From: Vitrella brassicaformis CCMP3155
Lineage: Eukaryota > Protista > Chromerida
Direction: 5' to 3'
Assembly: GCA_001179505.1 (NCBI GenBank)
Contig: CDMY01000434.1
Span: 1 to 64,000 of the forward strand
Length of the DNA stretch: 64,000 nt
Below are positions 41,345 through 55,300 of this stretch, piece after piece. Each line of letters starts with the position of its first letter. Position 1 is the first letter of the stretch. Both the position numbers and the translations under genes were made by a program. The notes under the pieces were generated by a model. That model saw only the letters and a list, made by a program, of their open reading frames with translations, did not search any database and was not told where the DNA came from.

Positions 41345-44300
41345 TGGGATGGATGGATGGATGGATGGATCGGCCTGATGCGTCATCATGTACCTTACCC
41401 TCTGTCGTTTTTGTAGCGAGCATCTGATGACGTGTTCGAACTTGGAGGGCATCTGCTGCTCCACGTCCTTCTTGAGACGACGCAGCAGAAAGGGGCGCAG
41501 CACCGCATGCAGCCGCTTGATGAGCCCCTGCTCCCCTGACACCTGCACACACACACACACACACACCTCCATCACGCACACACGAAAGCGCCCCACCCAC
41601 GTGTGTGTAGGTGTGGTGTGTACCTGTTGTTTCTCGATGGCGGCGGTGAGCGGGTCAGAGAACCACTCCTTGAAGTCGGCGTGAGACTCAAACACAGTCG
41701 GCTACACACACACACACACACAGAGAGAGAGAGGGAGAGAGCAATATTGTGTGTGTGTGTGTCGCGCCAACTAGCTCACCATGAGGAAGTGCATGAGCGA
41801 CCACAGCTCGAGGAGGTCGTTCTGCAGTGGGGTGCCGGTGAGCAACAGCCGCCGTGACGTGTTGAAGGTGAGCAGCGTCTGCCACCTCTGCGACTTGAAG
41901 TTTTTGATGTTCTGCGCCTCGTCCAATATCATGTAATACCTGCAATCAATACAATGGCCTCACAAGGCACAGCACAGCTCGGGCGGACACAATCTCTCCC
42001 AGTCTCTCCCTCTCCTCTCTGTGAGTGTGTGTCGGTGCAGTGCAGCGGGCGTACCATTGTTTCCTCCTGAAGACGACAGCGTCCTGCAGCACGAGGGTGT
42101 ATGACGAGATGCACACGTGGAATGAGTAGGGCTTAGACCAGCCCTGACGCTTGGCCTGACGCTCGCCCTTAGAACCTACACACACACACATACACCCCCA
42201 CACCCACACCATCCTTGTGTGGACGTTGTGCGTGTGTCCCTGTCTGCAGCGTACCGTAGTAGGTGAGCACCTTGAAGCCCGGGCACCACTTCTTGAGCTC
42301 CATCTCCCAGTTCAGCATCACAGAAGTCGGCACCACTATCAGATGAGGACCCCATATGCCCTACCAACCACACACAGCGATGCGGCCAAGCCCTCCCCCC
42401 CCTCCCGCTCCCTCTCCCGCCGATCTGCATACATACCTGTTCACAGGCCAGATGCGCGAGCAGTGCAATGGTCTGGATGGTCTTGCCGAGCCCCATCTCG
42501 TCCGCAAGTATGCCGTTGAGGTTCTTGTCGTGGAGCGTGGCCAGCCAGTGCAGCCCAATGTGCTGGTACTCGCGCAGCGGCAGCTTCAGCAGGAAGGGCA
42601 CCTGAGTCGACACCTGCGTCGTCGACAGCGTGTTGCCCGTCGGCTGCGCCATCCGCAGCTCCTCCGTCACGGTCTCGAGCGTCGTCTCTCCATGGCCACC
42701 CTTGCCGCCACTGCCGCCTCTCTTTGCAGCCTGGCCCATTCTGGCGACTGGCCAGCCTCCAGCTGAACCGTCTGGGCGTCTGCTGTCGGCCTCTGAGGGG
42801 GTGGGGGAGGGGGAGGGGAGCGGGGGAGAGGCGCGCCGCTGTGCCGGTGCTGGTGGTGCTGCTGGTGTTGCGGGTGAGGGCGTGGGTGTGGGTGACTCTG
42901 CTGCTGCCGGCTTGGGGCGTTTTGGGGGAGGCATCTCTGCGTCAGGTGCGGGGGGCCGTTTGATGGAGGGTGAGGGGGCTGACGCTGACGGCGTGGGGGA
43001 TGGCTCCAGCTGCATGGAGGAGGAGGACGGCTGCTCCTCCTCCTCCTCCTCCTCCCCCTCCCCGCCTTGCTCGTCGCTCTCCACTTGCTCGTCTTCTCCT
43101 TCTTGTTCTTCATCATCATCATCATCCAGGCCCTCACCCTCCTGAGCAGCACGGTACCTGATGACACAGACATACACAGGGAGGGAGGGAGGGAGGGAGG
43201 GCGAAACATTTGTGGGGTGTGTGGTTCATTCATTCATGTGGCCGGCCAGTGTGTTATAAGCTGATTGCTTATTGACTGACATGGCCATGAGTTGTTCGAT
43301 GGGCATGTCGGCCTCCGCCTTGAGGGCGTCGACCTCCTGCTTCTGCTCCTGATGGCTCATCACACCCTGGCCCTCCTCTTCTTCCAGAGTGGCCTCGTCG
43401 TCGACCTCTTCCTCCACCACATAATCTGCAACAAACAACACAGCACACACACGCAAACACACGCAGACAGAGGGGGAAGGACGGTGCTACAATCAATGGA
43501 GAGGTGTCGAGCGTTGGCTGGCTAGCTTACCGGCGTCGTCATCAGCGGCAGCTGACGACGATGAGGGTCCGCTGTCGGCTGCTGCTGCTGCCGGCTGGGA
43601 GGCTGCCAGGGGGCGTGCGCGTCTCGACCTCGTCACGGCCAGTGGCGGGGGCTTGGGGACGGCCTCTTGTTCCTCGGGGCCCTCCTCTTCTTTGCTCTCG
43701 CCCTCTTCCTGTTGCCCCTCCTGCTGTGGTGTGGTTGCGTCTTCCATGCCGGCGTCCTCTCCCTCTTCCTCGCTCTCCTCCTGTGGCTCTGACTCCTCCT
43801 CTCCCTGCCCATCGCCTTCAGAGGCCTGGCTGCGGTACCTGATACACAGAGAGATGGCACACACGCAGTGAGGGAGGGAGGGAGGGAGAGGTTCCTCATA
43901 TATCTCTGTGTGGCTAAGGGCTAACTACTTCGCCGAGTGACTGACGCACGCACATGGCGAGTAGTTGCTCGATGGGCATCTCGGCCTCATTGAGTAGGTC
44001 TTGCGCCTCCTGCGCCTCCCGCGCCGCGACTCCCTCCCCCTCCTGCGCCTCCTCCATCTCAATCGTCGCCTCGTCGTCCGCAGCCACATCACCGTACTCT
44101 GCCAACGACACGACCACACACAACATCACATCACATCGCACCGAGCTTGGCGTGTGGTTGGTACCTTTGGCGTCGTCGAGCTGGAACTCCTCGTCCGCTG
44201 TGTCCGCCGCCTCCTGACCAGCTGCAGTAGCACCAGCGGCCCTGCCCTTGGCGGGCTTGGACCCTTGCTTAGCCGCAGCTGCCCGCTGCTGCCTCTGGCG

Positions 44301-46240
44301 GGGAGACGACGCGCGTGCGAGGGGCTCCTCAGCCACTGCTGGTGGGGGTGGAGGGGGCATGGGTTCGGTGCCGATCTGGTCGATCTCCATTGCCGCCATG
44401 TCGCCGTGGCCTTCTGGTGGTGGTGCTTGGGCACTTCCCTCGCCCTCAGCCTCCTGGTCGTTGGCTTCAGCTCCGATGCCCGTGGCCATGTTCTTGAAGA
44501 ACTGTCCTGTCTGCTCGACCAGTCTGTCCAGCTGCTTGCTCCGCTCCTCGCGCAGCTGGTTCTGGATCCGTTGCTGGTGTCGCATCTTGACGATCTTCTC
44601 GCACAGTTTCCAGAAGGCGTCGACCTTCTTGGCCACGAAGGAGGCCTTCCGACGCAGCTCGCCCTCTTCGTCCTAACCAACCAGCCACACGAAGACTCAG
44701 TTCAGTGAGCGTGTTCGTGTGGCGCTGTCTGTCCGTCCGTCTGTCTGTCTGTCTGTCTGTTTGGTTCACTTACCACGAGAGCGGGGTTCCTCTTTTCGAC
44801 TTCCTTCGCCGCGGCGCGTGCGAGGGCTTTGAATTGCCGATACTTGTACTTTCGCTCGTCCAGGAAATCCTTGGCCATCCACTCCTAAACACACCCACAC
44901 ACACGTAGCGACACACACATGTACAGTCAGTGGCGTGGACGGCAGGGCCCTGCCGGCACCACTCTCCCTCTGCCTACCATTTCCTTGAGTAGGTCGTCCC
45001 AGCTGGTTGGCTCGGTCTTGGGCTCGTCCAGCTCCTTCTGCATCTTACGCACATCGACACTAAATAAAACACAGACAGACAGACAAACGCACATCACATC
45101 GACAGACAGACAATGTGTCGGCTGCGCGGCTGCTCGGCTGTCTGTCTGTCTGTCCGTCTGTGGCGTGATGTCCACTGACTGACTTGAAGATGGATCTGTC
45201 TTCATATTTCTTGCGTATGTCGCCCTTGAGCCCCAGGTCGGCGTGCAGCTTCTTCAGCTCCTGCTCCGCCTCCCGCTTCTTGGCGATCAGTGCCGGTACG
45301 TCCACCGTCACCTCCTCGCTGACTGTGGCCGTTGACGATGCCTGCACACACACACACACACACACAGATTGGTGTACTGCACGTCTTTTCTTCTCCCCGC
45401 CTCCCGCTGACCGCTTCATGGTGCATCATCTGTGGTGGTGCCGCCGCCGGTTTGACATCTGCAGGCAGCAGTGGCGGCCTCTTCGCCATTACCGGCACCG
45501 GCGCAACCACAGGCGCCGACACGGGCGCTGACACGGGTGCAGGAGGCGGCATCGGCGGGACAACAGCAGCAGCAGCCGGCGATAGCGATGGCCTCAACAG
45601 CGGCGCCATCGGGTGCTCACGCGGTCGGGATGGCGGCGCAGCCTTCACCGCCGGCACACGGATCGCCGGCACACTCTCGCCCCTCACACCCGGTGGCACC
45701 ACTGGACGAGCTAGAGGTGACACGAAAGGCCTTGACGGCGAAGCAGACGACTGGGAAGGAGACGTTGGCGGTAGCAGGGGTCCGAATGCTGGCCGGGTGG
45801 TGCGGAAATTCATGAACCCCCCGGGTGGGAGGAGGGGGTGGCGCAGCATGGGTGGGAGGGAGTGGGAGGGCGGTAGGCCGCTTGACGACTGGCCGCCCGA
45901 CGACATGGGCGCCAGCCCTCTCAGCGGCATCTGCAGCGGGACCGTTGCCGGTGGCTGGCCGTCGCGGCCAACAACCCCCGTAGGCGAAGCAGCGGCACCA
46001 GGACCACCGGTGCTGCAAATGCAAACCACACACAGGCAGACAAAAGCCCATTCAGAGTCAGATCACGCCGTTCGTTCGGAAGAGACCGACTCATCCAGGC
46101 AAGCACATGCAACACGCCCTGTGTGTTCTTGCTTACACGGATGTGTTGGGTCTGGCGAACATCTGTGGGTGGAGGCCTCGCGGCGGCTGGTGCTGCTGCA
46201 TCGGCTGCAGCCGAGGCTGACTCGGACCTCGCACATCCAT
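36706..46240 (-). CDS. SWR1/SRCAP/Domino-type Snf2 chromatin remodeler (HSA domain, split ATPase, CW-type zinc finger in the insertion); many exons, spans a gap
   Basis: HSA: [36 protein letters not shown]; [29 protein letters not shown]; [27 protein letters not shown]; [16 protein letters not shown]; LLTGTPLQN; [22 protein letters not shown]; [12 protein letters not shown]; [13 protein letters not shown]; [38 protein letters not shown]|CHRIGQ. Confidence 0.95.
38191..38490. other. Assembly gap (300 N) in a SWR1 intron
   Basis: N run preceded by a ~23-nt poly-G tract and followed by GGG. Confidence 0.95.
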
Positions 46241-46465
46241 CCTGAGGGACGGACGAGATCTGATGGCTCCTTCTACCGTCAGACGCTGTGTTGAGCGATC
46301 ATCCCATATCCCATCTTCTTTCCCTTTTCTTCTCTGTTGTGCGAGCTGAAGGAAAAGGTCGCCTCAAAGAAGGAAACTCCCAACTGCTGCTGCAGAAGGA
46401 AAACTGCATGCGCAGCGTGTGTGCCTGACGAGCACTGATCTTGCCGCGCAACCCATTGCCGAGCC

Positions 46466-49246
46466 ATGGCTGACATAGATCCACCTCTCACCAACGGCGC
46501 GCCGTCCTCGCGGCTCCCCCCCGGCACCAAGTGGGCTGACGTCGAGCGCGACGCGCCCGCCGACGTGGAGGCCGACGACGAGGAGGAGACCCCTTACACG
46601 CGTGTGCGGGGCGAGCGGCAGGCCAGCAGCCACCGAGTGGGTGGCGGGGGTGGCGGCAGGGGAGATCCGCCGCCTCAGGTGCAGTCCTTTCTGCGGAATT
46701 TCTACGAGGACGTCGAGGGCCGCAAGGTGGGCAACATCGAGAACGCCTACGAGGGGCAGTTCCCACGGCTGTCGGACCAGTACTACTCCAAGACGCGGTG
46801 GGTGGACCCTTCGTCTGTGAGCCGGTACTACGCCGACCAGGGTTTCGAGAAGGAGAAGGACGTCGTGCTAATCCTGTACAAGGAGCTCTTCTACCGGCAC
46901 CTGCACACGGTGGGCGGGCCGGAGAGCGCCGTGCGGGTGAGGGTGGAGGACCGCGAGGACTCCTGGGGCAACTACCGCGACCTCTTCGACTACTTCCTCG
47001 AAGTCGAAATGGAGAAAAAGTCTGTGTGGACACACACAGAGAGAGGAGGAGAGTGCGTGGGTCACTGTGTTCATGTCCGTGTGTTGGATGGATGGGTGGG
47101 TGGCCACAGGCCTGGTCGTGGCGCCCGCGGTCTGCAGTTCCCCTACACGTGGACCTTCGACATGCTGGACGAGTTCGTCTACCAGTGGTCGCAATTCAAG
47201 TTCTTCCACAACAAGGTAAGGTAACCTCACCATCAATCCATCCATCCCTCCATCCACCCACAACACGCACCCATCTCTCTCTGTCCCTCCCTCTTTGTAT
47301 GCAGACGAGTCAGGGCCGGAGCAAGCGCAGTGACGACGACGGCCGCATCCGGTTCCGCGAGATGGTTGCGTTGGCCGACCGGCACATATGGGACAGCGCG
47401 AGGGTTATCGAGTACCTGCAGCTCCTCGTCAACAAGTCGGGCATCAACCAGTACTTCAGACACAACAGAGAACGAGCAAGGGTACGTCAGGCGAGGCTTG
47501 GCGAACTACAGAAGGACGTCACACGAAGGATTCTCTCTCTCCCTCTCTCTCTCTCTCTGCGTGTGTGTGTGTGTGTGTGTGTAGGGTGATGATCGCATCG
47601 AGACTGACCTGGGCTTGCAGGTTGGGTACTTCGCCATTGTGCAGCTGCTGCGGTGAGACAGACATCTCTAACAAACAGACAGACAGACACACCTAACCAC
47701 CTTCTCACCCATCCCACCGCTATCTCTGTCTCTCTGTGTGTGTATTTTGACGTGATGGTTGAGTGCAGAGTCCAGTGTCTGGTGGGCGACTACAGGCTGG
47801 CCCTGCAGCAGCTGGACGAGTTTGACTTCAGCGGCGACTCGCTCTTCTACCGTGTCCCCAACTGCCACCTCAGCCTCTTCTACTACATGGGATTCTCGTA
47901 CATGATGCTCAGGTAAGTCGGTGTGGTGGGGCGGTGGAGGGGTGTGTGCTGCATGGCATGGTGTGGGGTGGGGTGGGTGCCATCGTCAGGCGGTACACCG
48001 ATGCTGTGCGGGTCTTCTCGCAAGTGCTGACCTTCCTGCACACCAAGTGAGAAAGGGCGACACACACACACACACACACCCGACACGCCACACACACGAT
48101 CACTCTCTGTCTGCCTGCCTGCCTGCCTGCCTGTGTGTGTGTGTGCCTGCCTTTCAGAAAGGACGACTACCTGCAGGGTACGGCGATGGGTCACCTGCTC
48201 AAGATGAAGGACCGCATGTACCAGCTGTTGCTGCTGTGCGTGTGCCTCCACCCCCACCGACTCGACGAGAGCATCAACATGTACCTCAAAGACAAACACG
48301 CAGACAGACACGCACGACTCCTCAAAGGTAAGGAAATAAGGGACACACACAACACACGACCTGCGGTGAGGAGAGGAGAGAGGGAGAGGGGGAGAGATTG
48401 TGTGTGTGTGTGTGTGTGTTGGGTTATTGGGTGTGTGTGTGTAGATGACGAGCAGGAGTACATCGACGTGTTCAACTATGCGAGCCCCAAGTTTGTGCAC
48501 CCCGGCTACCCGCCCTTCGACGACATGGACGACTACGACCCCACCGAACTCTCACGCACCCAGGTCGAAGTCTTCCTCGAGGTCAGTGCGGTGGACCCAC
48601 ACCCTCTCACACACATCACGTGACATGACCCACCCAATGCAATGCAGCCCAGCCCAGCCACCATTGTGTGGTGTGTGTGCATGTGTGTGTGTGTGTGTTA
48701 ATGCAGGAGGTCCGGCACCAGAAGCTGGTGCCCACCATCCGATCGTTCGCCAAGCTCTACACAGCCATCCCCATCCAAGTCAGTCAGTCTGGCGCCTCCC
48801 CCTCCCCCTCACTCTCGCCCTCACCCCTGCTGCTGCTGTGTGTCGATTCGATGGTTGGTTGGCTGAGTGCAGAAGCTGGCCTCCCTGATGGAGAAGAACG
48901 AGGACGAGATCCGCGAGATCCTCCTGTGCGTCAAGCACAAGGGCCGACAGCTGGTGTGGCGCAGCGGCCCGCCCTTGTCGGGGGAGGTGGTGACGATGGA
49001 GGAGGGCGTTGACTTCTTCCTCGACCACGAGATGATCCACGTCAAGAGCACCAAGATACACCACAACTACGTCCAGTACTTTGTCCACAGCATCCACACC
49101 TTCAAGGTCAGTGAGCATCACGCTGTTAGGGAGGGAGGGAGGGACGGAGGCAGAGGGACAATTTGCGGCTGTGTGTGTGTGTGTGTGTGTTTTAGGACAT
49201 GATCCGGTCTGTCGAGCACGGCCTGCAGAGGCGGGAGAGGGTCTGA
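46466..49246 (+). CDS. EIF3L: Eukaryotic translation initiation factor 3 subunit L
   Basis: YEGQFPRLSDQYYSKTRW, LILYKELFYRHL, SWGNYRDLFDYFL, WTFDMLDEFVYQW, LGYFAIVQLLR|VQCLVGDYRLAL, YYMGFSYMMLR|RYTDAVRVF, PKLVPTIRSFAKLYT..QKLASLM, DFFLDHEMIHV. Confidence 0.95.
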
Positions 49247-49986
49247 TCGACCCACCCAGAGAGAGAGGCACGCAGGCAGGCAGGCAGGCAGGCTTGTGTG
49301 TGTGTGTGTGTGTGTGGTGTGTGTGTGGCTGCCTGCCTGCCTGCCTACCTGCCGGCTTGTCTGCCTCCCTGTCGGGTTGATGTTGATGCGTACGTGGTGT
49401 GTTTTAACGGATGTCATATGGTGCGTGGGTGTGGTGTTTTGACATGTCCCTTGCTGGGAGGGACAGAGAGAGCGTCCTATGCTGTTGCTGCTGCTGGTGT
49501 GTGGCGATTGATGCGTCGTGTGATGTGGTGTGGGCGTCATCAGAGCGGAGTGTTAGACGTGGCGATGCCTCCATGCGGCCATTGGAGGCGTCACAACGTC
49601 TACCACTGCCACCAGATGGGCCTCACACGAACCACTCAGGCACGTCGCCGTCAAAACAAGAAAGAATACACTCACTCAGGGGAGGGCTTCGTGATATCCT
49701 CACATGGCCCTGGTGTCATGACATTTGGTGTTGCATCTCACCTTGATGGCCTTCAGCTGTCGCGCGTTTGGTGTCAGAACCAAACGAGCGCAGGTGGAGG
49801 ACATCGATGAGTCAGATTCGACACCAAGTGTCCATGGCCGTGTGAGAACCGACTTTGTCTGCTCAATGCGTGAGATGCCTGGCACGTCTGCACTGCAGAT
49901 CCACCGATGATCGAATCCGTTCGCGCGGAGATCTCCCCGATAAAGCTCGCATTGTAAGGAGGGACGGGCCGCCAGCGGGCGGGAAG

Positions 49987-51708
49987 ATGGGCCTTCTCGA
50001 CGAGTTGCGGCGTCTGCTGCGGCGCCTGTTCGAATGGATCCTCAGACAGATCACTGGTAGCTGAAAACCACATCACATACCAGTCAGCGAAAAGATGGCA
50101 TGGTCTTTGGTCATCTTTCAGGCCAATGTGAGCTCGAGAGACTCTCAAAGGTACGCTGCAGTGACGCACAATGGGTGATCCAACACGTGGATGGATGGAT
50201 CTGGGTGCTGCCTGCCTGTGTGCCTGTGTGTCTGTGTGTGGACACAGACGTTTGACCCGGTTCGTGTGGAGGAGTCGTTGAGGGCGTCGCGGCAGCTGCA
50301 TGACGTGGCGCAGAAGCTGCTCATCAGCAAAAAGGAGGAAGACCTGCAACAGGTGGGTGGGTGAGGTGGGCAGCTCCGTGTGCGGACAGGCAACAAGAGC
50401 ATGCTTTGTGTTGGGGTCACGGTCCCTCGCCCATTGCAGATGGTTGACGAGGTGCTCCGAATCAAGGGCGCGAGAGACCCACAAGGGTGAGAAAGAGACA
50501 AAGAGCGAGACTGAGTCTCACAGCTCCACGCATGGCCTCGTTGACCATCGACAGGTTCCGCATCGGTCTGCAGAGGAACTGCCAGGCCCTCCGGAACGTC
50601 ACTCGAGCATCCTACCTCATTACAGGTACTGACTGATTCCCACACAAACCATCCCACGTCTCATCTGACGCCATGCAGATCGGTGTCACGTGGGTTACTC
50701 CTCCGACAACGCCGACCACGAGGCCCTGCTGGACGAGCTGTGGCGGCTGCTGAAGCCCGGTGTGCAGCGGTCGGGGCGGGTCACGAAGGAGTGGGAGGAG
50801 CTGGGGTTCCAGGGGCCGGACCCTGCTACCGACTTCCGTGGCCTCGGTGAGTGAGTGAGATGGGACACATCACATGGATGGACGAATGGACGTCTGCTGT
50901 GTTTGGCTGTGATGTGAGTCCATCAGGCATTCTGGGCCTGGAGAACCTCGTGTAAGCGTGCAAGCAAGCTGATAAAAAGAAAGAAACGATGATTCTTCTC
51001 TCCATCCTGTCTGTCTGTGTGTGTTGTCTGGTCTGGTCTGTCTGCCAAACAGGTTCTTCGCGCGACGGCACCCGTCTGTGGCCCGGAAGCTGATGGTCGA
51101 GGCGGGGAAGCACCCCAAGTACTGGTACTTCTTTGCCGTGACCGGACTCAACATCACCGGATGGATGCGCGAGTGGCTTGAGGTGATCGAGATGCGGGCA
51201 GACAAACCAAACCACACACACAGCAACCGGGGGCAGCCGGGGGCACAGACATATGGGGTGTGGTGTGTGTGCCACATGTCTGTCAGAACCACGAGCGCAT
51301 CGCCTTCTACTTCTACCACGCCGACACACCTGAGCAGGCCTTCGAGACCTTCAACCACATCTATGGTCGGTCAGCCCAGCCAGCCACCCCCACTCACACC
51401 CCCACCTCTCCTGTCTCTCTCTCTGCGTGTCTCTGTCAGTGTATGTCTTTGCGTCGTTCCACCCCTATTGGTTTCGGTGCCAGCCCGCGTCCATCATGGA
51501 GTTCAACACCGTGGCCGACCGGTTCGTCAGCCAGCTCAGCTTCCCTGCCCTCCCGGCGCATGAGCTCACCACGGCAAGTACTGCTGCTGCTTCTGGTGGT
51601 GCTGGCGAGAGGGGTAGCGCGCCGAGGTCGGTTGAGTATGAGCAGGGCCATGTTTGGCATGAGCCAGAGGATGATAGGCCCACCTCGTCTAAGGCTCATG
51701 AGGAGTGA
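49987..51708 (+). CDS. ELMO/CED-12 domain protein (ELMOD-like Arf/Arl GAP)
   Basis: MGLLDELRRLLRRLFEWILRQITG|QCELERL; HEALLDELWRLLKPG..KEWEELGFQGPDPATDFRGL|GILGLENL; YFFAVTGLNIT; FHPYWFRCQPASIMEFN. Confidence 0.92.
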
Positions 51709-52051
51709 GGGAGTGAGGGACTCGGTGGTGTGCAGACAGACAGTCAGTGAATGGGTTTGGTGTACAGAGCTAGAGAGAGTCAGAGAGGACGGCATGGCTC
51801 CATGCGTGGGAGGGAGGGCGCATGTCATGTGGTTGATGTGATTGATAAAGCGTCATGGAGCCATCCGGTCAGTGTGTGACATCAAATCACTCACTCTCAC
51901 TCACCCTACACAGAAGGAAGGTGTCAGCCAGGCAGCCAGCCAGGCAGCGAGAAATGACATACACACGTCATCACAGCACAACACAGAACACACCACATGC
52001 AGGACGTCTGTCTACAAAAGACAGATAGACAGGCGCGTGTGCAGATGAACC

Positions 52052-52095
52052 CCACGAACCCTTAAGGTACATACCACGAACCCTTAAGGTACATA
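52052..52095. repeat. Perfect 22-bp tandem duplication (ccacgaacccttaaggtacata x2)
   Basis: Read directly at 52052-52073 and 52074-52095; each unit contains the palindrome ccttaagg. Confidence 0.9.
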
Positions 52096-52353
52096 GATGC
52101 CTAGAAAAGGTCATTATCTCACACCCACCCACACCACACCACACCACATGGCCCACGCGCGCAGCATGCATCTCACACACCTAACCTAGCCAGGACAGCA
52201 CTCAAGCCCCATAAAGGAAAGAAGGATTCACTCACTCCCACGCCCACCCACATGAAGGCGCACGAATGCATGGTTAGATGGATAAAACACGTACACACAC
52301 AGAAGGGTGGATGACGTCCTCCCTTTGATGTGAGTGATGCACACTTTTCTGTC

Positions 52354-55300
52354 TCATCCCCCACCCCCAACCCCACTGCCAGCATCTTCCTGCAGCACAT
52401 CAGCCATTGCAATGGCACCAGCCGGAAGGCTCTCGTTGGCCGCCGCCTGACCACCCTGATGTATTATGTCGTCCTGCCACTCGTCCACCAGGAGGTATCG
52501 CGGCCTGCGGTTGACGGCGATGAGCTGCGCGATGACGAGTGCGATGAAGGCGCAGAAAGTGATCAGGATGATGCTGCAGCAGCAGAACTTGATGCAGTTG
52601 TAGTTGTCAGGACCTACAGGCAGCACAGCCATCCACACACACGTGTCAGGGAGCGAGTGGGGCGTGGGTGGTGGATATATGTGTCGTGTCGATCGCCCCC
52701 TAGCCACCGATGAGCATCCTAATGAAGTTGAATGGCTGTCTGAAGGCCAGGGACCAGTCGAGCCGGTCGCGAGGCGGCGGCAGGTGGGGGTTCCGGTTGG
52801 GCTCGTTCCGGCCATCACCCACTGGCTCGCCGTCCGCTAAAGACTTGGGCACCAGCTGAACCTGCACCAACACACACACATGGGCTGGGCTGCTCTTCTC
52901 TCCCTCTCCCTCTCTCTGACTCTGTGTGTGTGTGTGTGTGCCTGACCTGCGCGTGAAGCGTTGCAGGTCGGTTCATGGGAGGCCGGCGCCATCGATGACA
53001 CCCCATGCGACGCGCACACCTGTCAGCCAGCGATATATCGGTGCATGCGCTGCTTCCTCGGTGGCTGATGGCTCGCCCAGCTCAGCTGGCTCACTTCTTC
53101 ATTCCGAGTGGGAAGAATCCCTTCTGTTTGGGCGCCTCGTGTCTGGGCGGCTCCTCCTGCGCGACCTCATATGTCGACAACACAGGCGCCTCGAGATCGT
53201 CTTCATCCTCATCTGCACCCCACACCCATCCCACCACACACACACACACGCCCACGCCCCACACATACCATTGACATGTGTCTGCGTGTGTGTGACTGAC
53301 TGACTGACTGACGGGATGAGATGGGATGGGCCGCTGACCTACCTTTAGGGAAGCATGGCCTGACTCGGTTGCCGTATGGCTGGGGGATGCAGTCGAGGAA
53401 GCAGCAGCAGACGAACTCGCTGATGACGCACCACGTCATGCGGACGCACGCCCCCAACTGACCCGCGTCAATCTGACACCCACACCACCAACGCACACAC
53501 ACAGAGGAGAGGTGTCCGGGTGTGGTCCATCCAATGTATTGCACACACACGTAGCACAGCACCGTGTCTTGCGCACCTACCTTTGACACAGGGGGTGGGC
53601 TGAATCTGACTTGCACGTTGAGGGCCGGCAGCGGCAGGTCTCCGTTGACCTGCCGCTGCAGAGCCACACGGCAGAGGTGGTCCAGCTCGTAGGACCGGGG
53701 CGCGTAGATGAGCTCGTCGGTGCTCAGCCTGACATAAATAACCACACGCACACACCCACACCCACGCCAACACACAGAGAGAGAGGGTGAGGGGTGTGGG
53801 AGGTGTGTGGGAGGTGTGTGTTTTTGCTGACTGACGTGTCAATGTCGACGAGTTTCACGACGAGCTCGACGTGATAGGCGGGGAGTGTGATGGGGAAGAG
53901 GATGCGGTAGTTGAAGTTGGCCATGTCCTGCGCGAACTTGTGCACGTCGGTGCGCTCGGAATAAGCCACGCGCCGGCCGTTGAAATGCGTCACCTGCACC
54001 CCCCACCCACACACCACCCACACACACCGCCCAGATGCACACACAGCTGGATGGATCGATCACGGCGCCCTTCCTTAGCCCGTGGGGGGGACACTTACGA
54101 TCAGAGTGACTTCGACAGTTACGTCGTTCCGCCTGGCGAGGTCCTTGAAAATGGTGATGTTCTCAACGTTCCACACCACCTGACACACACAGAGGTGTGT
54201 GTGTTGGGGGGGAGGGTGCGTGCGTGCGTGTGTGTGTGTGTGTGGGCGGACCATTCTGAGCTGGAACTCCTCTGTGCGGACGCAGTCCTCGATGGGTATC
54301 TCGTCATAGAGCGATGTCTCCTCCTCTGGCACCAAATCGACTATCGCCCTGCACACACACACACACACAGGGAGAGAGAGAGAGAGAGAGGGAGAGTCCC
54401 ATACAGCCATGAGAGCATCCCATGCACTCCGAGAATGTCTGTGTGTGTGTGTCTGTGCTGTGTGTCTGTTTGCGCGCCACGGCATACCTGAGAGTGCCTG
54501 TGGGCAGCCCCAGGTGCTGCGAGCTGCCCGACTTCAGCAGCGGGAGGATCTCGACCGGGAAGGGCCGCTTCGGCGCCAGGAATGCCCCTCCTCTGAACCA
54601 TAACAAACCACACACAACCACACCATGCCATCCATCCATCCATCCACCCCCCCCCACACACACACATACATCTCATGCGGCCCGACGGTCTGCATCTCTC
54701 GCTTATACGCCAGCCACCGGTCCTCGACGTCGATGCGCGCCTCCCCAATCAGCTCCTCCCCCATGGCCCTCCTATCAAACACCCGGACCCGCAGCTCAGC
54801 GTCCCCCGGCACCCTGGCCTGGAACACCACATGTCTGTAGAAGCTGGGGCTCGCCGTGTTGGTGCTGCCGCGGGGCATCTGGGCTGTCGCTGTCGTCGTT
54901 GTGGTGTCGCTGCTGGTGTCGGTGCTGCGGTACTCCTGGCTGCCTAGCGAGGCCACGAAGAACGGGCTCATCTGGGGCGAGGGGGTGCCCTCCATGCTGA
55001 CGAGATTGCGCGCCGAGAGGACGTAGAGGTGCACTGCTAGGGGCTCGCTGTGCCACAGCTTGTCCAGGGGCACCGTGCCCGCCAGAAGGGCTTTCTCCGG
55101 AAGGGGTGTGAGGGAGTCCTGGGTGGACCGGGCGGACATCACCTTTGCTACTGGCGTCTTAGTGCCAGACGGCCTTGCGGTTGTGCCAGCAATGGGTAGC
55201 TCGGGTGTGTCCTCGTTGACAGCCTCACCGCCCTCGACGCCGTCGGCCTTCTGCTCTTCCACCGTGATGCTCCCTGCGGCATACACGTGTGTGCTGATGG

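Noticed and set aside
45332-46294. Long antisense or alternative-frame ORFs (e.g. 45332-46294 +, 59726-61447 +, 2561-3547 read through introns)
   Set aside because: These are shadows of GC-rich coding exons and stop-poor microsatellite introns; their translations run through HTHTHT/CVCVCV/DRQTDR repeats.
49590-49910. Separate small gene upstream of ELMO
   Set aside because: The short ORFs have no recognisable motif or convincing splice structure; more likely promoter or 5' UTR.
52052-52095. CRISPR-like or telomeric repeat
   Set aside because: Only two adjacent copies with no spacer, no cas genes, eukaryotic context, and no telomeric array.
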